Shown here piece by piece: positions 9,341 through 16,650 of a DNA stretch of 64,000 nucleotides (positions within the stretch are counted from its first letter, which is position 1; the number at the start of each line of letters is the position of its first letter). The stretch is from Aureliella sp. Its GTDB lineage: Bacteria; Planctomycetota; Planctomycetia; Pirellulales; Pirellulaceae. Both the position numbers and the translations under genes were made by a program. The notes under the pieces are model-generated. The model was not told where the DNA came from. It worked only from the letters and a program-made list of their open reading frames with translations, and made no database searches. The DNA is taken from the NCBI GenBank assembly GCA_963691875.1, contig OY829846.1, positions 1,952,001 to 2,016,000 of the forward strand. Reading direction: 5' to 3'.

Positions 9341-11140
9341 TCAGCGATTTAGAACGCGTATACCCTGCCCTTGAGCCAGGTTGCTGCGTTGGTACATGGG
9401 TAGGTAGCGATAGTAAACTTCCAGACACAGACAGCTCATCGCCGTAGAATAAACTCGCCCACCGTATCCGCCCCACAGCTTGTCAGGCTTCCAACTGCCT
9501 GCCTGCTCTTCATATACGGGTGTTTGATTAGCCAGCAGGCGCTGCTTCATGACTTGATTCCAGACTCGCCAGTCTTCGTCTTGCAGCTGAAAAAGTGCCA
9601 AGGTTGCGTAGTACCAGAAATAGACGTTGTCCTCTCCAACTCCCGGGCGACTGTTCATCACCATCTTTTTGGCCTCGAGAAGTCCATTATTGGACAACGG
9701 ATAGTCCAGCATAAATCGACACGCAAGTGACTCGGCAGTCATCGTCGCGGACGGCCGCCCTTCGCCGGGTTTGTATCTGGCCAAGCCGCCGAAGTTTCCG
9801 GCAGAACACGAGCTCAAGAATCGCCGCATTCGCTCTTGGACTACGGCAGGTATTACCAATCCGCTTCGCTCTACACTTTTCAGTGCCATCGCCTGCCAAC
9901 CAAACTGACTCAGATCACCGGGCTCACGCGGCCGATAACGCCAACCGCCACCTCCTGGATCCTGTGCTCCAAGGCTGTAGTTCGCCGCCCGAATCACCGC
10001 TTTGCGCAACGTCTTGTCCTTCGTCATCGCGTGAGCTTCGGCGACGGCCAACATGGCAATACTGTGGCAGTACATCCGCGAGTTCAGTACGGCCGAAGAG
10101 TTACCAAGTTGCTTAGGACCTGACAAATCACCCGACGGCATCTGTGCGTTCAGCAAGTAAATGAGCCCATTCCGGACCGTCGCAGCGTACTCACCTTCCA
10201 AGTGTGTATGTCCGGCAGCGAGAAAGGCCAGCAGCGCCAACCCCGTAACACCAGTGTCCGCGTCGCGACCCGTGCCACTCCGCGACAAGCCGAGTGCGTT
10301 GGTCTCAGTTCCGGCTCCGTAAGCAGCTGCATTCCACGAGCCGTCCTGGCTCTGCGCGTCTACAAGCCATTTGAGAGCAGCCGCAACGGCAGCTTCGGTG
10401 TCTGCATCAGCCCCATAAGCACGAGCTCGTTCCAGGCGATTGGCCGCTTGGCGGAGCTGATACGCCTTGGGCAACTCACTGACAGGCAGCTGACTAGCTA
10501 CACTTTGCACAGGTGGATCTGGAGTTGGTTGTGATTCGGCCTCCGGTACCGGAATCTCCATCGCATCAAGCGACGCATTCAGCTGCTCCGTCGGCTGCGT
10601 ATCGGAACTAAGCGTTGGCAGATCCGGAAGATCTGGCATCGGCGGAGGAGTTGTTTCCAAAGGCGGCAGTTCCGGCAGACTGCTTGGTTCGGGAGAAAGC
10701 TCTGGCAATGGCTCCGGTTCCAAGTCGTCTAAGTTGACGCCAGCCAGAATCTCCGGTTCAGGATAATCCATTGATGGAGAAGCTTGTTCCCATGGCTCCG
10801 GCTCGGTGACCTGAGCCTCGCTGGCTTCAATCAGATCCGGCGACAGGCTTATTGCGATCGCGTAGTCTACCCCTCGATCCATTCCGCTGGGATCACCTTG
10901 CGGCAAGACCGGAACGCTTCCCACCGCGTAGATTAAGAGCCAAACGTGCAACACCACGCTTAGCACGACAAACTTGGTGAGCGGTTTAGCTCGGCCCCAG
11001 TTCGTCTTGGACGCGATAAACAAGCCAATCGCGAGCACTGCAAAGGCGACGCCGAAGACGATCGCCATGACTCGACCCGAGGTCAAGTAGAGCCAGAATC
11101 GCCAGCCCGCATCAACGATCTCAGTCCACCACTCCGACAT
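9341..11140 (-). CDS. Membrane-anchored TonB/TolA-like protein with a C-terminal prenyltransferase/squalene-cyclase-type alpha/alpha toroid
   Basis: N-terminal TM helices including LSVVLHVWLL; Pro/Glu-rich linker; QW-like repeats (KWLVDAQSQDGSW, AQDPGGGGW, NQ...AGSW); GGRVYSTAMSCLCLEVYYRYLP. Confidence 0.8.
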   Translation of the reverse strand: MSEWWTEIVDAGWRFWLYLTSGRVMAIVFGVAFAVLAIGLFIASKTNWGRAKPLTKFVVLSVVLHVWLLIYAVGSVPVLPQGDPSGMDRGVDYAIAISLSPDLIEASEAQVTEPEPWEQASPSMDYPEPEILAGVNLDDLEPEPLPELSPEPSSLPELPPLETTPPPMPDLPDLPTLSSDTQPTEQLNASLDAMEIPVPEAESQPTPDPPVQSVASQLPVSELPKAYQLRQAANRLERARAYGADADTEAAVAAALKWLVDAQSQDGSWNAAAYGAGTETNALGLSRSGTGRDADTGVTGLALLAFLAAGHTHLEGEYAATVRNGLIYLLNAQMPSGDLSGPKQLGNSSAVLNSRMYCHSIAMLAVAEAHAMTKDKTLRKAVIRAANYSLGAQDPGGGGWRYRPREPGDLSQFGWQAMALKSVERSGLVIPAVVQERMRRFLSSCSAGNFGGLARYKPGEGRPSATMTAESLACRFMLDYPLSNNGLLEAKKMVMNSRPGVGEDNVYFWYYATLALFQLQDEDWRVWNQVMKQRLLANQTPVYEEQAGSWKPDKLWGGYGGRVYSTAMSCLCLEVYYRYLPMYQRSNLAQGQGIRVLNR

Positions 11141-11565
11141 TACCGCAGCTGCCCTCGTTGAGTCGTAGCAGCAATGGCCATGTCCGCAACGCCGGCTCGA
11201 GTGATGGCGCCGTAGAGTTGCACGACATCCTGGTGCTGTACCGTACCATCGGCGCGAACAACGACACCCAGATCTGGATACTGGCTTTGCATTTCCGCGA
11301 GCTGTTTGGTCAATTGCTCCATAGAAACGGGTGCACCATCCAGATATATGTCGCCTCCCGCTGTTATCGCAACTTCGCGACGATCTGGTGGAGCCACCAT
11401 GGCTTGCAACTGCCCCGCTCCTGGCAGCGTCAATTCTATTTGCTTCTCTTCCTCGGTGAACTGCGTACCGACCATAAAAAAGATGATCAATAAGAAAACC
11501 ACATCAATCATCGGAGTCAGATTGACCGTTGGCAGTTCTTCAGAGGAGCTTGTTTTCAGCGCCAT
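11140..11565 (-). CDS. exbD: ExbD/TolR family biopolymer transporter
   Basis: NLTPMIDVVFLLIIFFMV with the conserved Asp; VVVRADGTV. Confidence 0.92.
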   Translation of the reverse strand: MALKTSSSEELPTVNLTPMIDVVFLLIIFFMVGTQFTEEEKQIELTLPGAGQLQAMVAPPDRREVAITAGGDIYLDGAPVSMEQLTKQLAEMQSQYPDLGVVVRADGTVQHQDVVQLYGAITRAGVADMAIAATTQRGQLR

Positions 11566-11640
11566 GCTTGGTGCTTCCTAATTCTCAGGTATCAATGCGT
11601 CCCTGCTCACCTTTGACCGGAAACGCCCCCGACGGTGGTA

Positions 11641-12528
11641 CTACGCTGCCTTGCGCGTTCGTCTCTTCGTTCCCTGTGCTTCGGCACACACAAGCTCAAT
11701 CAAGCTCTGGCTAAGTTTATCCATTTCCAGAATCAACTGGTCTGACCTGCCAACAAAATAGGCGTACGCGGTGTACGCAGGAATTGCGACACATAACCCA
11801 GCTGCTGTCGTCAACAAGGCGCCGCCAATACCGCTGGCTAACATCTCTGGACGCCCCATCGCGTCGGCTTGAGCGATTGTATTAAACGCATCGATCATTC
11901 CTAGGACCGTTCCAAGTAGCCCAAGCAATGGCGCTAGGTTTGCAATGGTACTGAACAAACGCAAGTACCGTCGCAGTTGACTGGTTACGTGCTCGCCAGC
12001 ATCCATGACAGCTTGTTCAATCTCAACGGCCGGTCGCCCCCACTTTTTCAGTGCCGTTTCAAAAAGCTCCGCGATAGGACTCGCATTCTCTTCGCACAAC
12101 TCCAAGGCTTCTTCCTGAGCAATCTGTTGTTGCTCCAGCTGTTCCAGCACGCCGCGGACGAATAGCCTAGGCATCACGCGTGTCTTGCGCAAGAAAAAGC
12201 CTCGTTCCATGGCGAAAATAACTAGCACGATCGAGCAAATCACAATCGCGAACATCGGCACTCCGCCTCTGCGGAAGATCGAGATCAAGCTATTTGCTTC
12301 GATCGTCCCGGCCTGTTCCACTGTGTTCACATCTGAATCTGCAGGCACACCTCCCAGCGAAACGGGATCCGGGATTGGCGGTAAAGGATTGTTAGCTGCA
12401 ATACGTCCGCCCGCAGGCTCTCGCGAGAAGGTGGTAGGTGGAGGCGCACCCTCCTGAGCAAGCGAACTCTCGCATGTCAAACTCGTGATCAAGAGCATGA
12501 ATATCAGGGTGACGACACGTATTATCAT
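11641..12528 (-). CDS. exbB: MotA/TolQ/ExbB proton channel protein
   Basis: Signal peptide; GGVPM-TM1; LAPLLGLLGTVLGMIDAF; GIGGALLTTAAGLCVAIPA. Confidence 0.92.
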   Translation of the reverse strand: MIIRVVTLIFMLLITSLTCESSLAQEGAPPPTTFSREPAGGRIAANNPLPPIPDPVSLGGVPADSDVNTVEQAGTIEANSLISIFRRGGVPMFAIVICSIVLVIFAMERGFFLRKTRVMPRLFVRGVLEQLEQQQIAQEEALELCEENASPIAELFETALKKWGRPAVEIEQAVMDAGEHVTSQLRRYLRLFSTIANLAPLLGLLGTVLGMIDAFNTIAQADAMGRPEMLASGIGGALLTTAAGLCVAIPAYTAYAYFVGRSDQLILEMDKLSQSLIELVCAEAQGTKRRTRKAA

Positions 12529-12543
12529 GGGAATAACGTTGAC

Positions 12544-13905
12544 TTAACGGTTTCGCGTCTGAATGGATTCTTGCAGTACAGCGATTCGCTGTTCAATCAG
12601 TTTATTGGCAGTGGATTCTTGATTGGTAAATTTCAGTTCTTGATATGCAGCGAGTGCTAGTTGCCATTGCCCCGAAAGTTCCAAACACTTGGCTCGCTGC
12701 AAAGCCGCACGCTGAGTCCATTCTTCTGTCTGCAGTCGCAACACTCGATCGTAACTCTGGATGGCGTTCGCATAGTCGCGTTTCAAGAACCAAACCTCGC
12801 CTTGTAGCCATACTGCTTTGGCGAGATATTCTGTGTGCCTGTTTTTCTTCGCCTCCGCCTCGACATCGCCCAGCAATTTTATGGCAGCTTCGAAATCAAT
12901 CTGCGCAATAGCCGCTTGAGCTTGCAAGAATTCGATCTCAGCCAACTGCACCGGCTCGTAACGCCGCCTTGCGAGTTCGAACAATCTCGTGCAATTCGAG
13001 TAATGTTTTTTTTGAAGTGAATACTGCATCAACCGCAGATCCACGACATGAGCCCAGCTTGGCATCGCCCCCCCCGTGGGCAGGCATTGCGAAAGTTGCT
13101 CGTAAATGGGTTGAGCCAGCGTTGTGCGTTTGCTCTCAGTCAGCTTCTCAGCTACGGAGAACAGGATTTCCCCTTCCTGCTCACGCAGAATCGGTGAAAG
13201 CTTCGTGAGTTCGCTGAGCGCCTTCTGAGGATCACCGTCAGTCTTCAGTTGTTGCCAAGCGACTTTCATTCCGATTCGAACTGATTCTTTTCGAAGCGCA
13301 GCCTGCTCCTCCGGGCTAGCTGCGCCGGTCCACTGCAGCCACTTGATTGCATCCGAAAACCGCTGTTCCTTCTCTGCATCGGCTGCAGCAACACGAGCTG
13401 CATAACGCTGAAGTGTTGCAACTCGCTTGAGAAGTTTTTCATCCAGCTCTTGGGCCTTGAGTTGCTCACCGGAAGCCTTCTCAGCTTGGCGTGCTCTGCT
13501 TAGCTGATTTTGCAGTTCTTGCAGCAGCTGGAACCCCTGTTCCGCCTTCCCTTGGCGAATCAAGCACTCAGATAAATAGACACAGACTGTATTCCGCAGA
13601 ACAAAGTCTGGGTGCTTCTCATGCAATTCCTGAAGCGGAAGCGCCGCCGCATCGTATCTTCCCAGAGCCAGCGCGTCCGACGCCGACTGATAGAGCTCAC
13701 GGTCGGTTGTTGGTTTTTCTTCCGAATCCCCTGCGTTCGGCTGAGCCACGAGCGGAGCTGACGCGCAAGGAAGGACAAGAAGCAGAATGCATCGAACCAG
13801 AGCACCAAGAGTTTTCGCTCTGGTCCTCTCCGCAAGGCAGAGACTGCTAAATACGATCGATGAAATTGAGTGCCTGCGGGGCACAACACGACAAATAGAG
13901 AACAC
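12544..13905 (-). CDS. Tetratricopeptide-repeat protein, probably periplasmic (start uncertain)
   Basis: Hydrophobic signal-like segment; TPR-like helices such as KAVWLQGEVWFLKRDYANAIQSYDRV and AALQRAKCLELSGQWQLALAAY. Confidence 0.75.
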   Translation of the reverse strand: MFSICRVVPRRHSISSIVFSSLCLAERTRAKTLGALVRCILLLVLPCASAPLVAQPNAGDSEEKPTTDRELYQSASDALALGRYDAAALPLQELHEKHPDFVLRNTVCVYLSECLIRQGKAEQGFQLLQELQNQLSRARQAEKASGEQLKAQELDEKLLKRVATLQRYAARVAAADAEKEQRFSDAIKWLQWTGAASPEEQAALRKESVRIGMKVAWQQLKTDGDPQKALSELTKLSPILREQEGEILFSVAEKLTESKRTTLAQPIYEQLSQCLPTGGAMPSWAHVVDLRLMQYSLQKKHYSNCTRLFELARRRYEPVQLAEIEFLQAQAAIAQIDFEAAIKLLGDVEAEAKKNRHTEYLAKAVWLQGEVWFLKRDYANAIQSYDRVLRLQTEEWTQRAALQRAKCLELSGQWQLALAAYQELKFTNQESTANKLIEQRIAVLQESIQTRNR

Positions 13906-14052
13906 CGTCTGCTTCCCTGCGTTCGGCTGCTTGTAATTGGGTTTCGATTCAGTTGATGTCGCAAAGCGGAAGCGACCTCAACCGCTACCGAATATCGACT
14001 TGTACTAGGCTGCGAGCTGAGAAACAAGACAATCTGCGGGTTGCGACGATCC

Positions 14053-14068
14053 TTGGCAACGTTGCCAA
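14053..14068. promoter_or_regulatory. Perfect 16-bp palindrome TTGGCAACGTTGCCAA, candidate LacI-type operator
   Basis: Exact inverted repeat with a central CG, intergenic and upstream of the TPR-exbB-exbD cluster. Confidence 0.45.
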
Positions 14069-14105
14069 TTTAGGCGATTTTACCGCATAGCTAGCAATTG
14101 CCAAA

Positions 14106-15056
14106 TCAAATCCACTTCTGCAGCTCGGCCAATAACGTGGCGAGAACGTCGCGATCCGAGTCTGGGCGAGTTGGGCTGCCAGGATAAGTTCGATCCGACT
14201 CGATCCATTTCCTAAGCTTCAGAAAGTGAGCCGCCGAATGTTTGTAAGCTGGAACAGGGGCTCGAAAAGTGAAAAAGCCAAGGTACTGCAGCCAATCATT
14301 CAAGTGGAAGAACTCGGGATCCCCCTGCTCCCAACAACGATCGCGCAGAGCAAAAAGATCCGGCGCCATCGTACTCAGGCCTAGCAAGTAGTCGCTACCA
14401 TACATGACCATGTCGATCGCCAAGTCATTACCGGTCAGCACATGGAAGTCAGGGCGGATTGCGTTGCGAACGCCCAATCGCTGCCACTCCAGTTTCCGAT
14501 CCAGCGAACTATGCTTAGCTCCGATGCACTGCGGAATCTTGACGAGCTGCTCGTAAACTTCCAAGGAGTAAATTTTTCCAAAAGGTGCGAAGACCGCGCC
14601 GAGTTCAAATCCGATAAATCGGTCCGCCTCGGAAGCTAAGCTCTGGTAGCTGGCCACTATGGATGCATTATCCTGCTCCGTTAAACCATAAGACTGAAAC
14701 AGTACCGGCACTCCGCCGTGCTGCTGGATTGACGCCATCTGGTGACGATATGCATCGCCGTCGAAGGGCGCGCCAGAACGATCGCCGACAAAGGCTCCTG
14801 CGACATACATCTTGCCGGATGCTATTTCCCGCGTTTCACGAAGCACCTGGACTCTTGTCGCCTCATCGATCAAATGCGCGTAGCCGGTATCCATGTTGAC
14901 GGCTGGAACCAACCCTGCGTCCAAGGTCCGGCGCACGTGAGCTCGAAAACTTTCCCAGTCCACCGAAAGGTCTTCATTCAATGGCAACAAAACCGCTGAC
15001 ATCCCCAGGATTTTTCGCCGCTGCTTCTGGACAGGAACCTGTTCAATCTGATCCAT
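14106..15056 (-). CDS. Dihydrodipicolinate synthase/aldolase family protein (divergent)
   Basis: SAVLLP...VDWESF, AVNMDTG, candidate Schiff-base Lys in GAKHSS, and TGND. Confidence 0.75.
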   Translation of the reverse strand: MDQIEQVPVQKQRRKILGMSAVLLPLNEDLSVDWESFRAHVRRTLDAGLVPAVNMDTGYAHLIDEATRVQVLRETREIASGKMYVAGAFVGDRSGAPFDGDAYRHQMASIQQHGGVPVLFQSYGLTEQDNASIVASYQSLASEADRFIGFELGAVFAPFGKIYSLEVYEQLVKIPQCIGAKHSSLDRKLEWQRLGVRNAIRPDFHVLTGNDLAIDMVMYGSDYLLGLSTMAPDLFALRDRCWEQGDPEFFHLNDWLQYLGFFTFRAPVPAYKHSAAHFLKLRKWIESDRTYPGSPTRPDSDRDVLATLLAELQKWI

Positions 15057-15090
15057 ATCGTTTCCTCAATTCGCTTCAGGCAAAAAGAAC

Positions 15091-16362
15091 TTAGCGAAGT
15101 AGCGTCACCAACTCTTCGTCCAAAGCAGGCAATTTGCCTCTTTGGTTCGACTGCAACGCCTCTTCAAAGTGCTTATCTGCAGCAAGCATCTGTTCCAGGA
15201 TATCGGGCCGCCTGTCGGCAACGTCGCTGACTTCCATCCGATCCTCGGGTTTGACGAACAGCTTCGACTCGCCATTCTCGCCCTCTTCACCCACAATCAA
15301 GCTACTCCAGGCGGGACAACGCAACCAACTCCCATTGTTGCCGGCCGTTTTGGCAAGCTGCAGGCTCGTCGACCAGCGCGAAGTAGAGTCGCTGAAAGGC
15401 AGTTGCAACAAATCTTGTCCCCAAGACGAATCCGCCGCAGCGGACTCCGCTTGTCGCCCGAGTAAACTTGCCATGATGGTCGCGGCCAGGTCGGGCAGCT
15501 GGAACAGCTCACCGCGTCGGGTCATGCGCCATTTGGTTTCCGGGGCTGTCAATATTGCTGGCACACTCAGCACTTCTCCATGCAAACTCTGCGTAACCGC
15601 GCCCGCAGCATCTCGACAGCTCCCGATCTGGCCGTGTTCACCAAGCGGCGTTCCACCAAGTCCCAGAATGACCACCGTCCAGTCTTCATGCTCGAGTCGC
15701 GCGTGCATCGCTCCCAGTAAAGTCGCCAAGCCCTCGTCGATAACCGAGCTCTGCGCCGCCGCAACTTGTCCCCATCCGACCACATCATCCGGGTCCGTTA
15801 CAGGTCCAATCGTAAAACTCGGCGGCCCCACCTCAGAGGGTGGATCAGGATCCTCCGGGTCGGTGAAACTCGCTCGGAGCTCTTCAGGTGCATCCCAAGG
15901 CAAATTCAATCCAGAGCTATGAACCCAAACCACACCTTCTCGCCGACTAGCCATCTCTGCAGCGGCATAGAAAAGTTGCATCGCAGTACAGTCATCGGAG
16001 GTCGCTGCAGGTTCGTCATTGGATTCGACTGGCAGAAAGGCAGCTTCACCACACCCGAATGACTCCGCCTGCTCCGCAACCAACTCGCGATCGGTGATCA
16101 AGCAAGCAGGAATTCCAGCAGCTTCACACGCAGACCAAAGATTGGAACTAGAACCGGCGAAAGAGCTGGGTTGGAGTGCATGCCGTGCCGTCCACAAACT
16201 ATTTAACTGGCTGTGGAGTCCGCAGGAGTCCAGAAAGCATTGGTCGAGCACCATGCCGCCGGCAGCGACTCGGTCCAACGTCGGAGTACGCGCCAAATTC
16301 GCTCCCATGCACCCGAGCAGACCACGCCCCCAACCTTCAACAGCTACTACCAGTGTGTTCAC
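15091..16362 (-). CDS. Sulfatase-like alkaline phosphatase superfamily protein lacking the catalytic signature
   Basis: NTLVVAVEG...LGCMG...TPTLDRVAAGG, LGEHG, LHGEVLSVP and DLAATI; no CxPxR. Confidence 0.7.
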   Translation of the reverse strand: MNTLVVAVEGWGRGLLGCMGANLARTPTLDRVAAGGMVLDQCFLDSCGLHSQLNSLWTARHALQPSSFAGSSSNLWSACEAAGIPACLITDRELVAEQAESFGCGEAAFLPVESNDEPAATSDDCTAMQLFYAAAEMASRREGVVWVHSSGLNLPWDAPEELRASFTDPEDPDPPSEVGPPSFTIGPVTDPDDVVGWGQVAAAQSSVIDEGLATLLGAMHARLEHEDWTVVILGLGGTPLGEHGQIGSCRDAAGAVTQSLHGEVLSVPAILTAPETKWRMTRRGELFQLPDLAATIMASLLGRQAESAAADSSWGQDLLQLPFSDSTSRWSTSLQLAKTAGNNGSWLRCPAWSSLIVGEEGENGESKLFVKPEDRMEVSDVADRRPDILEQMLAADKHFEEALQSNQRGKLPALDEELVTLLR

Positions 16363-16425
16363 TTATTCCAATTTCTCTTAACGACCAGCCTCATGCGCCG
16401 TCTTGTTTGGGGCTCGTTTTCTCGA

Positions 16426-16451
16426 GTAGCGGAAGTCGCCAAGACTTTCGG
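16426..16451 (+). repeat. GTAG-type REP-like hairpin
   Basis: GTAGCGGAAGTCGCCAAGACTTTCGG; a related copy lies at 42771-42795. Confidence 0.6.
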
Positions 16452-16650
16452 CTTTACTATTGCCTTGGAAGTCGACTCGGGTGTTCTTTTAACCACAAAT
16501 CGCTAACAACGCCTGTGCTGGGCTTATTTTCGGCGCGCTGGAACAGCACTACGCTCGTCAGCGGCCTACGATCGATTCAAACTATCGGATGGCCTCGGAA
16601 GCGATTCTACCGGTCTCAATAGAAACCGAGAAGGTATCGCAAACGCAGAA

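Noticed and set aside
9341..10450. True squalene-hopene cyclase
   Set aside because: Only a single toroid domain, no DxDD motif seen, and a TM+linker architecture.
15134..15922. 262-aa plus-strand ORF and similar long overlaps (28640-29398, 62043-62750)
   Set aside because: Antisense to well-supported genes, with biased composition.
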